Origin: an uncultured bacterium
Lineage (GTDB): Bacteria; Margulisbacteria; WOR-1; XYC2-FULL-46-14
Direction: 5' to 3'
Assembly (NCBI GenBank): GCA_964421245.1
Contig: CAYQVW010000002.1
Span: forward strand, 280-64,279
Length of the DNA stretch: 64,000 nt
The notes under the pieces: generated by a model
Databases searched by the model: none
Seen by the model: the letters and a program-made list of their open reading frames with translations, nothing else
Told to the model about the DNA's origin: nothing
In this document: in pieces, positions 9,040 through 18,782 of the stretch
Numbering within the stretch: the stretch's first letter is position 1
Layout of the letters: every line of letters starts with the position of its first letter
Made by a program: the position numbers and the translations under genes

Positions 9040-11639
9040 TCCCTTCCCTTAATATAATCGAGCTTTGGTTCAACTTCTTGACAATAACCTAAGAGAGTAC
9101 GAACTTTGTAGCCCAGCTCTGTTGCCTCGTCACTATCCGCCTCATTTCCTGTAAGAAGATAACGAAAATAGAACGCTTCAGCAAACATCGGATATATTTC
9201 AAGCAACTCTTCAATTCCGGACAAAAGAATCTGTTTGTCCATATCCTGATCTATTACATACCTGGTTAACAAATGATTTATCTTATAAAAGATATTATAC
9301 TCTTCCCGTTTAATTGCTCTCTCATAAGATTTAAGCGCTTCTTCATATTCACCCCGGGCAAAATGGATATCTCCCAGATTATTGTGTGCTTCAGCAAAAG
9401 AAGGATCAATTGTTCTAACAGCCTCAAAGATTTTTCTTTTTTGCTCCTGATCTTCTGTATGTTCTGTTGCTAAGCGACATAAAAAGAGTGCCAATATTTG
9501 TCGATTAGTTAATCTTCTAGCCTGTCGGCCAGAATCTTTTGCAACCACTCCTTTATCATTCACTTCATAATAGGTTTCAACTATATCATCAGAATAGGCC
9601 AGATCAACTGGGACTTCTTCTTCTGGATTAAATAAAGACAAAAAGGAATGATAAACATCTGTGTAATAATTAACCGGAAGACCAATTGCCCTCGAGAGGA
9701 AAAAATATACCAAACTCAAATTATTGCAATCTCCTACTGGTCCTTGATGTTTTGCAACACGTTTTAAACTCTCAACTAGTGGAAGATATTCTCGTGAAAA
9801 TGCTTCAGCATGGGGCAATGCAATAAACTTTTTGATCTTATAGGCTTTTTCTCTTAGAGATAGGCTGTCAAAATCGTCACCCAAGCTTTCTATAAATGGA
9901 GCTACAATTTGATTCTTTAATGTCTCTAAAGTTTGAGATAACTGATCAGTATCCTTTGAATATATTGCAAGCAGAGCTAAGGCAAGAGCAAAATCCTGTC
10001 CATATTCAATCCTAGTACTTTCAAATAAATTCAAAATCCTATTTGCGTCAGTTGCAATTCCAGCAACCGGTTCGGGGCTAATCTGGTCAGGAAAAACTAA
10101 TCTGCTTGTTCTTGGCTTACCCATTCTATCAAGAGCTAGATCAAAAAATCTGACAATATATTTGAGTGGATGGAATCGATCAATCAGTCGTTGATAAGCC
10201 GCTTCACCAACCTGATCAAGATCATCTCTGTCAGCAATCCTCTGGTAGGCGGCAGCCAACTCATCAGTTGTATCATGTTTTATGTAAAAACCGGAACGTC
10301 CATCTTCAACAGTACCAATCATTCCACTATGAGCATGAAGAAGAGGAACCTTGCGATGTGACATACCATCAAGAATCGCATTCCCCATCCCCTCCATCTT
10401 GGAGACATTAACCTGAACAGTCGCAACATTTTGGAAAGACTCGTTAAAAAGGCGATTACTACCAAAGCCCTCAAGTTTACCTGGAACAAAATAAATATAA
10501 ACATGTTTCTTTGTCTCATCATCAAGAGATTGATAAATAGCAAATAACTCTTCTACAAGAGGACCAATTGATTCTAATTCAACTGTATTGTTTAAGGCCG
10601 ATGGAGATGGCATCAGTAAAACTAAGGAAGTCTGAGTCATACCAGATGAATTCTGTTTCCAGGCCTGTGCATATGCTTTAAGGATAAGGTCCAAATTTTT
10701 TGTCGGATCAATCCGAGCTGCCTGATAGAACATAAGATGATCCTTAGGTGGACAGATCGGGCGTGATCGATCCGAAATCATTAACGGTCCTTCATGAATT
10801 CCCGGACTTGAATTAAAATCTTCAAATCGGTCAGTCGTTCCACCTTGAGCAAGAATTCTATCAATATTACTCCAAGCTTCTTCTACCGTCATCGGGCGAC
10901 AGTGTTCGTCAGCAAAATTATAAAATCCTCCCAGGCTTACTTCTCTTGAAGGATCCGTTATAAAACTAGGATGCAGGTGTTCGATTACATCCAAAGCATC
11001 ATAAATTCCAATTTGTCTTAAAAACTCCATTGCATTTTGATGATTGCGATCTTTCCATGTGTTTCCTATTCTCAAGTCTTCAATCAACATGCTTGGTTGA
11101 AAAGCACCGTGGCGAAGCGCCTTTGCCATGCCAATTACATTAACATCTAGCAATAAGACCTGATCTCCATCCTTCATTTTTGCAGCTTTTAGCAGCTGAC
11201 TAGTCGCTGCATCCATTGTCTGTTCAAAAAACCTTAGCTGCTGCTGAAAAAGAGAGAAATCCCGGTCAAGACCAATATCTTTTCCTCCATAGATTCCAAG
11301 ATAAAGATCAAAACAAATCTGGTGATATGCTCGGCTGGCTGGGTCATCTGCCAATTCCACGGTCCACCACTCAACAGGCATTTCCTGCTCTTGTAAAATC
11401 CCATAAAGGGTTCTAAACAGAAGTGAGCCGCCCAGGTTTTCACCGGCAATCCACGGATCTGAGACCATTACCAACCGGGCTCCTTCCGGCAGCCTAGCTT
11501 TCCAGTCGGTAATTTGTTCTGACATTGTTGACGTTAATCGAGAAAAAGTCCTGGGATCGGTTCGCTCCCCCAGCTTTTGAAGGCACGTCCGGTCATAAAC
11601 TGGAATTACTCTTCTAACAGTAGTACTTAAATTTGTCAT
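9036..11639 (-). CDS. GT-B/GT4 glycosyltransferase (TreT-like) fused to transglutaminase-like and TPR domains
   Basis: ARIDPTKN and EGMGNAILDGM GT4 motifs; GDCNNLS..YH..VD Cys-His-Asp triad; AEAHNNLGDIHFARGEYEEALKSYERAI TPR. Confidence 0.75.
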   Translation of the reverse strand: MTNLSTTVRRVIPVYDRTCLQKLGERTDPRTFSRLTSTMSEQITDWKARLPEGARLVMVSDPWIAGENLGGSLLFRTLYGILQEQEMPVEWWTVELADDPASRAYHQICFDLYLGIYGGKDIGLDRDFSLFQQQLRFFEQTMDAATSQLLKAAKMKDGDQVLLLDVNVIGMAKALRHGAFQPSMLIEDLRIGNTWKDRNHQNAMEFLRQIGIYDALDVIEHLHPSFITDPSREVSLGGFYNFADEHCRPMTVEEAWSNIDRILAQGGTTDRFEDFNSSPGIHEGPLMISDRSRPICPPKDHLMFYQAARIDPTKNLDLILKAYAQAWKQNSSGMTQTSLVLLMPSPSALNNTVELESIGPLVEELFAIYQSLDDETKKHVYIYFVPGKLEGFGSNRLFNESFQNVATVQVNVSKMEGMGNAILDGMSHRKVPLLHAHSGMIGTVEDGRSGFYIKHDTTDELAAAYQRIADRDDLDQVGEAAYQRLIDRFHPLKYIVRFFDLALDRMGKPRTSRLVFPDQISPEPVAGIATDANRILNLFESTRIEYGQDFALALALLAIYSKDTDQLSQTLETLKNQIVAPFIESLGDDFDSLSLREKAYKIKKFIALPHAEAFSREYLPLVESLKRVAKHQGPVGDCNNLSLVYFFLSRAIGLPVNYYTDVYHSFLSLFNPEEEVPVDLAYSDDIVETYYEVNDKGVVAKDSGRQARRLTNRQILALFLCRLATEHTEDQEQKRKIFEAVRTIDPSFAEAHNNLGDIHFARGEYEEALKSYERAIKREEYNIFYKINHLLTRYVIDQDMDKQILLSGIEELLEIYPMFAEAFYFRYLLTGNEADSDEATELGYKVRTLLGYCQEVEPKLDYIKGRE

Positions 11640-11645
11640 TATTTT

Positions 11646-13085
11646 TTATTTAATCTCCAAAGTCGCAACCGCTCCGGTTCCAAAATAGTCCCCATCTGGG
11701 GTCTGTATATCAACATATTCTAAAGAACTCGAAAAATATCTTGCAATAGCTACTCCTCTATCAAGCCCCCCCTCCACATCAGAGTGAACTGTTTCTCGTC
11801 TAGTGCTAAGATGACTTTGCACCTCAGAATGTTCCCATCCCAGAAATCTATTTTTTGACCCATCACTTGGATGATAGGTACTATCTGTTCTATTAATCAC
11901 CCTAACAATTATTGTTTTTGATTGGGGATCGATTTTCCAGTCAAGATAAGCCCTGCGATTATTGCTATTATAATAAGCATTCTTTAATAATTCAAAAACT
12001 CCACAATGAAAAAATAAATCACTTCTCTCGTTCTCACCCAACACTCTCATTGCAAGTCTTGCAAGTTCAATAACAGGTTGATGCTCGTATATCGTTATGC
12101 GGTCATCCTCACAATCATTAAATCTAACCTTGCCCGCAAGCGCAGAAGAAAATAGCCTACTAGAATATTGTATCAATCCCATACTGCTACCTTCCAGAAA
12201 AGTTGCCCTTTGATACTCTTTTGGCCGGATAAGGAGCCTATCTTCTTGCAATGCCTGAATTGCAACTGCAACATCTGGAGCCATTGCAGCAAGAATTACC
12301 TCTCCAAAAAGCAGACTATTTTTCTCTACTATCTTTCTTGTGTTTTCTAGTATTGCCGCAATATCCTCGTACCCTTTGGTTGCGAGCAAAAGAGCAACAT
12401 GATAATTCAAGTCAAATTCTTTCGCAATATCTTCCGCACGTTCGTTCATCATGCTTGGCAATAGATGCTTCATCCTAAGCTCTTTAAAAAATGCAGGAGT
12501 CATAAACCCCTCTGGAATAGCACTAAAGGGAAGAATTACATTCAAATAAGAACGAACTGCTCTAGTAGAAATTTCGCTAGAATTAACTATTTTAATTAAA
12601 TCAGTAAAAGATACTCGAGATTCAGATAAATCCTTAAACATACTATATTCATTTCCAGAATATTTCTGTAAAAACTGATCTATTTCACTCTCTACAACTC
12701 CAAATTCCAGAGCCAGCCAGCTAAGATATCTTTCCGGTCTATCCGAAACAGACAAACCACTTACCCTATTCCAAAAATAATTACAACAGGCTTGATTTTG
12801 AACTTGAGTAAGTTTTACCTCTTCTGGAACAGCTACAGTAACAATTGATCCATTTCTTGTGAATCTTAGCTGCAATTCTAATAGTTCTCGAGTTACCTCT
12901 CCCGTCAGTCCTGTGAATTCGTGAAGTTCCTCCATTTCCCCATCATTATTGGCAACAACAGAAATAGAAGAGCCAACTGGTATAACCGAAATTTTATTTC
13001 CAACAACATTAAGTCTTTGTGCTCTTCCCATTGTCAGGTCGGCACGACCAACTACACTCCATTTATTTGATACTGGTTTACTCAT
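11646..13085 (-). CDS. Hypothetical protein with C-terminal HATPase_c (anti-sigma-kinase-like) domain
   Basis: ELLKNAY N-box and GGLDRGVAIARYF G2-like box. Confidence 0.55.
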   Translation of the reverse strand: MSKPVSNKWSVVGRADLTMGRAQRLNVVGNKISVIPVGSSISVVANNDGEMEELHEFTGLTGEVTRELLELQLRFTRNGSIVTVAVPEEVKLTQVQNQACCNYFWNRVSGLSVSDRPERYLSWLALEFGVVESEIDQFLQKYSGNEYSMFKDLSESRVSFTDLIKIVNSSEISTRAVRSYLNVILPFSAIPEGFMTPAFFKELRMKHLLPSMMNERAEDIAKEFDLNYHVALLLATKGYEDIAAILENTRKIVEKNSLLFGEVILAAMAPDVAVAIQALQEDRLLIRPKEYQRATFLEGSSMGLIQYSSRLFSSALAGKVRFNDCEDDRITIYEHQPVIELARLAMRVLGENERSDLFFHCGVFELLKNAYYNSNNRRAYLDWKIDPQSKTIIVRVINRTDSTYHPSDGSKNRFLGWEHSEVQSHLSTRRETVHSDVEGGLDRGVAIARYFSSSLEYVDIQTPDGDYFGTGAVATLEIK

Positions 13086-13093
13086 ACATATTA

Positions 13094-13122
13094 TTATCGT
13101 ACAAAATGGGGGTAAATTTCAC
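13094..13122 (-). promoter_or_regulatory. Orphan-regulon promoter motif, type A (leaderless spacing)
   Basis: GTGAAATTT-acccccattttgta-CGATAA, with the ATG 8 nt downstream. Confidence 0.75.
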
Positions 13123-13133
13123 TTTTTGGAGGA

Positions 13134-14678
13134 TTATTTTTTCCGAATATAAACTTTTTCTATATTGAGGAAAAGACCGCCTGGACCCGGTTTTGACAAT
13201 CCACCCACCCTATCCCTGACTCCGGATATAACCTTTGGATACCAAAGAAATATATAGGGTTGGTCCTCGGAAATTATTCGATTAAGCTTGGCGTAGACTA
13301 ATTTGCGGGTTTTGCGGTCCATTGTAACCCTACCCTTTTCAATCAGACGATCAACTTCCTTATTATGATAGCCGATAAAATTAAATCCACGTGGATATTG
13401 AGTCGAATGCCAAATGGAAAACTGATCCGGATCAAGTCCAAGCGACCACCCCATCAGCACTGCATCAAAATCCTTCGGCCCTTTTGGTGCATTTACAATT
13501 TTTAACATCGCCGACCACTCCATCACCCGAATATTCATCTTTACACCGACTTTTTTATACTGTTGTTGAAGAATAATGGCAGCTTTCTCTCTGTTTTTAT
13601 TTCCTTGATTAAGCAAAACCGTAAATTCAAAACCTTTTTCATATCCAGCTTTTTTTAGCATCGCTTTTGCCAAAGTTGGATTATATGGGAACTTCTGTAC
13701 ATCCTCTGAATAGGCCCACGAGATTGGAGCCTCTGGAGCATAAGCCGGTGTTCCGTGACCCCGCAAAACTAAACCGACTAACTGTTTTTTGTTGGTTGCA
13801 TAAGCTAGGGCTCGTCTTACATTTCTATTTTTAAAAATTGGATGTTTGATATTAAAACCAAGATAAGTATAAATTAATCCATCATACTCATAGACATTTA
13901 AGCCTTTGGTAGACTTCATGCGAGAATAATCTTTAAACGGAATCCCAGCCTCATCTACCTCCCCCGCTTCCAACGCGATTAGGGAGGCGTTTTCATTCGG
14001 GATTACTTTATATATTATTTCTTTCAATAGCGGCTTGGTGCCAAAATATTTATCGTTGCGAATCAGCCTGGCATAGTGTCCCTTTTTCCACTCGGCAAAC
14101 TTAAAGGGGCCGGTTCCAATCGGTTTTCTATTAAATTCGGCAGTATTTATATCTTTACCCGCTAATAGATGCTTGGGAAGAATCCCTATTCCTATCCGGG
14201 AAAGGAACGGAGCAAATGGTTTTGGAAGAATTGCCTGTATTGTATATTTATTTTTAACTCCAAACCCTATCGGCTTTCCATCAATAATATAGCTACTTCG
14301 ACGGACCGAATTTACCTTTGGATTTAAAATAGTATCAAAAGTAAACTTTACGTCATGGGCAGTAAAGGGCTTCCCGTCATGCCACAGAACATCATCACGC
14401 AAATTAAAGGTCCAAGTCTTCCCATCAGAAGAAACCTTCCAAGATTTTGCAAGGTTGGGGATTATTTCAAGCTTTTCGTTTATTTTTGTAAGGCCATTAA
14501 AGATCGGTCCTTCAACCGAGCTAGAAGAGGTATCGGTTGAGAGGATCGGATTTAAAATCGATACTTCTCCACCAAGGGTAAAGGTGAGTTGCCCATTGGG
14601 ATCAAAATCTGCTGCTGTGGCGGCCGCACACAGCAACAAACTACATATTAGTAAGCTCCAAAATTTTTGTTTTGCCAT
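13134..14678 (-). CDS. ABC transporter peptide/nickel-binding protein (SBP family 5)
   Basis: Signal peptide; LAKSW..DGKTWTFNLRDDVLWHDGKPFTAHDVKFT; PIGTGPF. Confidence 0.92.
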   Translation of the reverse strand: MAKQKFWSLLICSLLLCAAATAADFDPNGQLTFTLGGEVSILNPILSTDTSSSSVEGPIFNGLTKINEKLEIIPNLAKSWKVSSDGKTWTFNLRDDVLWHDGKPFTAHDVKFTFDTILNPKVNSVRRSSYIIDGKPIGFGVKNKYTIQAILPKPFAPFLSRIGIGILPKHLLAGKDINTAEFNRKPIGTGPFKFAEWKKGHYARLIRNDKYFGTKPLLKEIIYKVIPNENASLIALEAGEVDEAGIPFKDYSRMKSTKGLNVYEYDGLIYTYLGFNIKHPIFKNRNVRRALAYATNKKQLVGLVLRGHGTPAYAPEAPISWAYSEDVQKFPYNPTLAKAMLKKAGYEKGFEFTVLLNQGNKNREKAAIILQQQYKKVGVKMNIRVMEWSAMLKIVNAPKGPKDFDAVLMGWSLGLDPDQFSIWHSTQYPRGFNFIGYHNKEVDRLIEKGRVTMDRKTRKLVYAKLNRIISEDQPYIFLWYPKVISGVRDRVGGLSKPGPGGLFLNIEKVYIRKK

Positions 14679-15051
14679 CTCTTTTATAACCAGTTATTGT
14701 ATATGCTCCTGTCATATTATTATAATCGTAAACAATCTTTCCTGCTACATCAGAATCCGTGTATGCTTTTCCCGTAAATGGATTTTGAGGAATTGTTGTC
14801 ATATAATTACCCACTTTTAAGTAATTGTTGACCAAAGATTCTACTCCAATACTGGTTGCAATTGGAAAAGTATTGTTTTCTATATTATAGCCTTCTACCG
14901 AAAGATGAACAGAGTGCATAACCGACTTTATTGCTCCCTCTTTTGCCTTGTCTTGCGATCCAAGCAAATGCGGAACCATAAAATAAGCCAGTAATCCAAT
15001 TATCGCAATTACTACAAGCATCTCAATTAACGTAAATCCTTTTCGTCTCAT
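14641..15051 (-). CDS. Type IV pilin / type II secretion pseudopilin
   Basis: MRRKG-FTLIEMLVVIAIIGLLA prepilin cleavage motif. Start set at the ATG at 15051, after an AGGAGG RBS. Confidence 0.9.
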   Translation of the reverse strand: MRRKGFTLIEMLVVIAIIGLLAYFMVPHLLGSQDKAKEGAIKSVMHSVHLSVEGYNIENNTFPIATSIGVESLVNNYLKVGNYMTTIPQNPFTGKAYTDSDVAGKIVYDYNNMTGAYTITGYKRDGKTKILELTNM

Positions 15052-15072
15052 AGATCTCACCTCCTTTCCTCT

Positions 15073-15103
15073 AAGGTTCAAGTTCCAAGGGGCAAGGGTC
15101 AAG
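15073..15103. repeat. Degenerate heptamer array downstream of four-helix-bundle gene 1
   Basis: AAGGTTC AAGTTCC AAGGGGC AAGGGTC AAG. Confidence 0.7.
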
Positions 15104-15458
15104 AAGAATGCTGAAGAGAATTCATCAATCCCCTCAAAATTTTTCCAACCTCCTGCCTCTTATTATCTATATCATTATACTGATCATTTTGGATATAATT
15201 TAAATCCCTTGATAGCATTAGATAGTTCTCCACTTCCCCCAGGGAACCCTTTGATATTGCTAAAAATCTCAAATATTCTTTTCTATACGATCTTTCATAT
15301 CCCTCAGCTATATTTGCTGAAATTGAAACTGCGGCCCTAGTTATCTGAGAACGCAGACCATAAAATTCTTCTCTAGGAAATTGCCTGCTAATTTTATAAA
15401 TTTCCAAAACCAGGCCATAAGCCTTTTGCCAAACAATTAAATTTCTAAATCCTTTCAT
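15099..15458 (-). CDS. Four helix bundle protein (23S rRNA IVP / Avd-like family)
   Basis: FRNLIVWQKA..FPREEFYGLRSQITRAAVSISANIAEGY..FLAISKGSLGE. Confidence 0.92.
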   Translation of the reverse strand: MKGFRNLIVWQKAYGLVLEIYKISRQFPREEFYGLRSQITRAAVSISANIAEGYERSYRKEYLRFLAISKGSLGEVENYLMLSRDLNYIQNDQYNDIDNKRQEVGKILRGLMNSLQHSS

Positions 15459-15474
15459 AGCTCACTCCTCTCTT

Positions 15475-15503
15475 CCTGCCCCTTGACCCTTACTACTTGG
15501 CAC
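15475..15503. repeat. Degenerate heptamer array, inverted relative to the 15073 array
   Basis: CCTGCCC CTTGACC CTT..CTTGGCA; units are reverse complements of AAGGGGC/AAGGGTC. Confidence 0.7.
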
Positions 15504-16534
15504 TACTGTATCTGCTCCATCATCTGGAATAATGGAAGAACCATCGACAGCGCGATCAGGGCTACAATGCCCCCAACCGCCAAAGTTGATAGCGGCTCAA
15601 CCAAAGTAATCCATTTTTTAATAAAAGATTCTGTCTCCTGTTCATAATAATTAGCTGATTGAATCAAAATATCATCTAATGTCCCAGATTCTTCACCTAT
15701 TTTTATAATTTGAATCAAGGAGATTGGAAAAAGTGCGTTTCCGGCCAAAATGGTAGAAAAACTTTCACCTTGCTCAAGTCCAATATAAAGTTCGTCCAAT
15801 GCCTTTGAATAAATCTTACTATCAACACCTTGTTTAACCGCTTTTATTGCAGTCAAAACAGAAACACTACTTTTTAGCTGGTACCCAAGGCCCCTACAAA
15901 TCTTTGAAATTACTTTATTTTTATAAATTGATCCGATAAGTGGCAATTTTATTCTAATCTCTTCTTTTTTAAAAAAATAACCCAAAACTATTATTAAACC
16001 AATAATTAAAATAAAAATAAAAAACCAATTTTCTGATATTTTTAAAAACAATCTGGTCAGAAAGGGCAAATCAAAATTAAATTCGGAAAAGATCCCCTTA
16101 AAAGTTGGAAGAATAAATATCAACAAAAACAAAATGGAGAGAAAACTAAGCCCCAGCACAATTGAGGGATAGAGCAAGGCTTTCTTAATCTTATTTTTTG
16201 CCGAAAGACTATTTTGACTATATTGAACAATCTTTTCTAGAGAATCTTCTAGTTTCCCGGTTGCTATACCTATTTTAATAAGATTTATATCTTCATCCGG
16301 AAAACTATTGGTTTTAAGTGAAGATGCGAGTGTCTTTCCTTCTGCCAAATCAGTTGTTATCTTTTTTATAATTGATCCAAAATTCTTATCGCTCTGGTTT
16401 TGAATAATTTGAAGTGAGGCAACAATCGGGACCCCAGCCGCAAGCAGCGCCAAAAGCTGTTTATAAAAATCTAGCAATCTAGATTTTGAAAAGCTTTTTT
16501 GCGTTTTGAGTGGTAATCTTGGCAACCTCATCAC
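15503..16534 (-). CDS. Type II secretion F / PilC family inner-membrane platform protein
   Basis: QLLALLAAGVPI, ALLYP and IGEESGTLD duplicated T2SSF domains. Confidence 0.9.
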   Translation of the reverse strand: MMRLPRLPLKTQKSFSKSRLLDFYKQLLALLAAGVPIVASLQIIQNQSDKNFGSIIKKITTDLAEGKTLASSLKTNSFPDEDINLIKIGIATGKLEDSLEKIVQYSQNSLSAKNKIKKALLYPSIVLGLSFLSILFLLIFILPTFKGIFSEFNFDLPFLTRLFLKISENWFFIFILIIGLIIVLGYFFKKEEIRIKLPLIGSIYKNKVISKICRGLGYQLKSSVSVLTAIKAVKQGVDSKIYSKALDELYIGLEQGESFSTILAGNALFPISLIQIIKIGEESGTLDDILIQSANYYEQETESFIKKWITLVEPLSTLAVGGIVALIALSMVLPLFQMMEQIQ

Positions 16535-17243
16535 TACTTACTCCTTTTACCTTTGCAATCCTTTCAGCAATTATTGGGATATAGGCTGGCTCATTACGCT
16601 TACCACGATATGGTTCTGGAGCAAGATAGGGACAATCGGTTTCAAGCAGGAGCATTGATAAAGGAATCTTTTTAACATTCTCTCGCACATTGTCTGCTTT
16701 TTTAAAAGTTACCATTCCAGCAAATGAAATATAAAAACCGATCGTATGCGCATAATCTATTAATTTTTGATCTCCAGCAAAACAATGAAAAACTCCGCGC
16801 AAGTTTCCCTTTTTTTCTTCCTTCATGATATTAATAGTATCTTCTTGCGCATCACGGGCATGAATCACCACCGGCAAATCAAGTTCCTGTGATAAATTTA
16901 AAAATTTTCTAAAAGCTGCTTGTTGAATATCTTTTGGTTGCTTGTTGTGGAAATAATCCAGTCCGGTCTCCCCTATTGCTACCACATTCTTATCACTGGC
17001 CGTCTCTTTTATTTCGGCTATTGCCGTCTCAGTTGCCAACTTTGCATCGTGGGGATGAATTCCCACTGCTGCGTACATATAATTCGGGAAACGTTTGGTT
17101 AGCTCAAGTGCTTGGCGGGAAGAGTCTAAATCAAAAGAAGCATTGATAATAAGATCAATTTTTGCGGTTTTAGCTCGTTCAACAACTTGATCTAAATCAG
17201 AATACTCTGGCATGGTTAAATGCGCATGGGTCTCGATGTACAT
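16479..17243 (-). CDS. tatD: TatD family DNase
   Basis: ETHAHL, GIHPH, IGETGLDY, HCF and LLETDCPYLAP motifs. Confidence 0.95.
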   Translation of the reverse strand: MYIETHAHLTMPEYSDLDQVVERAKTAKIDLIINASFDLDSSRQALELTKRFPNYMYAAVGIHPHDAKLATETAIAEIKETASDKNVVAIGETGLDYFHNKQPKDIQQAAFRKFLNLSQELDLPVVIHARDAQEDTINIMKEEKKGNLRGVFHCFAGDQKLIDYAHTIGFYISFAGMVTFKKADNVRENVKKIPLSMLLLETDCPYLAPEPYRGKRNEPAYIPIIAERIAKVKGVSSDEVAKITTQNAKKLFKI

Positions 17244-17255
17244 GGCTCCTCCTCG

Positions 17256-18782
17256 TTATTTTTCGAGTCTTGGAAAGAGCGGATTGCCCTTCTTAACCTT
17301 TGTACCAGCAATTTTGATGCCCGCATAGGAGATTTGTTGAGGTTCTACTTTTTCAAGTGGTTGTGCGAAATTTAGTTGTTCCCACATCTTGCTTGCTGTC
17401 TCTGGCATAAAGGGGGTGACGAGAATCGCTACAGTTTTGAGTGTTTCGGCTAAGTTGTACATAACAGTTGCCAACTCTTCTTTTTTTGTTTCATCTTTTG
17501 CAAGCTTCCAAGGAGCCTGTTCTTCTATATATTTATTAGCACGTCCAATCAAAGCCCATATTGCAGCTAAGGCCTCCGAAAAAGCCAATTCTTTCATTGC
17601 CTCGTCCACCTTTTGAGGAGTATCCTTTATTAACGTGTCTTCTTGCCCCTTGACCCTTGGCACCTGCCCCTCAAAGTATTTCTCAATCATATTTAATGTT
17701 CGATGCAACAAATTCCCCAAATCATTCGCAAGATCAGAATTATATTTTTTCTTAAATGAATCCATGGAAAAATTGCCATCAGAACCAAATGGAACTTCGC
17801 GCATAAGAAAATAACGGACCGGATCTACTCCAAACTGATCAGACAAAGCAAGTGGATCAACCACGTTGCCAACTGACTTCGACATCTTCTTCCCCTCTAC
17901 CGTCCACCACCCATGACCAAAAATAGTTTTTGGAAGAGGAATCTCCGCCGCCATTAACATACAAGGCCAGGTTACTGCATGAAAGCGAACAATCTCTTTT
18001 CCCATTAGATGATAATCTGCTGGCCAATATTCTTTATACTTTTTACCATCTGGCCAGCCTAGCGCTGAAACATAATTAATCAGGGCATCAAACCAAACAT
18101 AAACAACATGCTTCTCATCTTCTTTTATGTTTATCCCCCAAGTAAAAGAGGTGCGGGTGACCGATAAATCACGCAAGCCCTGTTTTATAAAATTCAAAAC
18201 TTCATTTTTTCGAGAAGTTGGCTGAATAAAACCTGGATTGCCCTCGATATGTTTTAATAATTTATCCTGATATTTTGAAAGTTTGAAAAAATAGGTCTCT
18301 TCTTTTAACTTCTTAGTAGCCCTTCCACACTGTGGACACAATTTTCTGCCTTCCGGATCTTCTTTCAAAGAACTCTCTGTAACAAAATTCTCACAAGTTA
18401 CACAATACCAACCTTCATATTCTCCCTTATAAATATCCCCCTGAGCAATAAGTTTTGAAAAAATCCCCTGAACCACCTTCTTATGTCTATCTTCTGTTGT
18501 CCGTATAAAATCTGTATGTGAAATATTTAATTTTTTCCAGGCAGCTTGAAAACGTTTCACTAATTCATCCAAAAACTCTTGGGGCTTCCTGTCTCTCTCG
18601 CTAGCTGCATCATATACTTTCTGGCCATGCTCATCGGTTCCGGTTAAGAAACAAACATCAAACCCCTGCAACCTCTTATAGCGGGCTAAAACATCTGCTG
18701 CAACCGTAGTATAGGCATGTCCAATATGAGGAATGTCATTTACATAATAAATTGGAGTTGTAACGTAAAATTTATCTTTCAT
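17256..18782 (-). CDS. metG: Methionine--tRNA ligase
   Basis: TTPIYYVN..PHIGH (HIGH), KMSKS and a zinc knuckle. Confidence 0.97.
   Translation of the reverse strand: MKDKFYVTTPIYYVNDIPHIGHAYTTVAADVLARYKRLQGFDVCFLTGTDEHGQKVYDAASERDRKPQEFLDELVKRFQAAWKKLNISHTDFIRTTEDRHKKVVQGIFSKLIAQGDIYKGEYEGWYCVTCENFVTESSLKEDPEGRKLCPQCGRATKKLKEETYFFKLSKYQDKLLKHIEGNPGFIQPTSRKNEVLNFIKQGLRDLSVTRTSFTWGINIKEDEKHVVYVWFDALINYVSALGWPDGKKYKEYWPADYHLMGKEIVRFHAVTWPCMLMAAEIPLPKTIFGHGWWTVEGKKMSKSVGNVVDPLALSDQFGVDPVRYFLMREVPFGSDGNFSMDSFKKKYNSDLANDLGNLLHRTLNMIEKYFEGQVPRVKGQEDTLIKDTPQKVDEAMKELAFSEALAAIWALIGRANKYIEEQAPWKLAKDETKKEELATVMYNLAETLKTVAILVTPFMPETASKMWEQLNFAQPLEKVEPQQISYAGIKIAGTKVKKGNPLFPRLEK
17642..17670. repeat. Heptamer array in frame within metG
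   Basis: CTTGCCC CTTGACC CTTGGCA CCTGCCC encodes GQVPRVKGQE; same units as 15475-15503. Confidence 0.7.

Noticed and set aside
14641-16534. Complete type II secretion or type IV pilus system as the export route for the orphans
   Set aside because: Only the platform protein and one pilin are present; no ATPase, secretin or prepilin peptidase is in the window.
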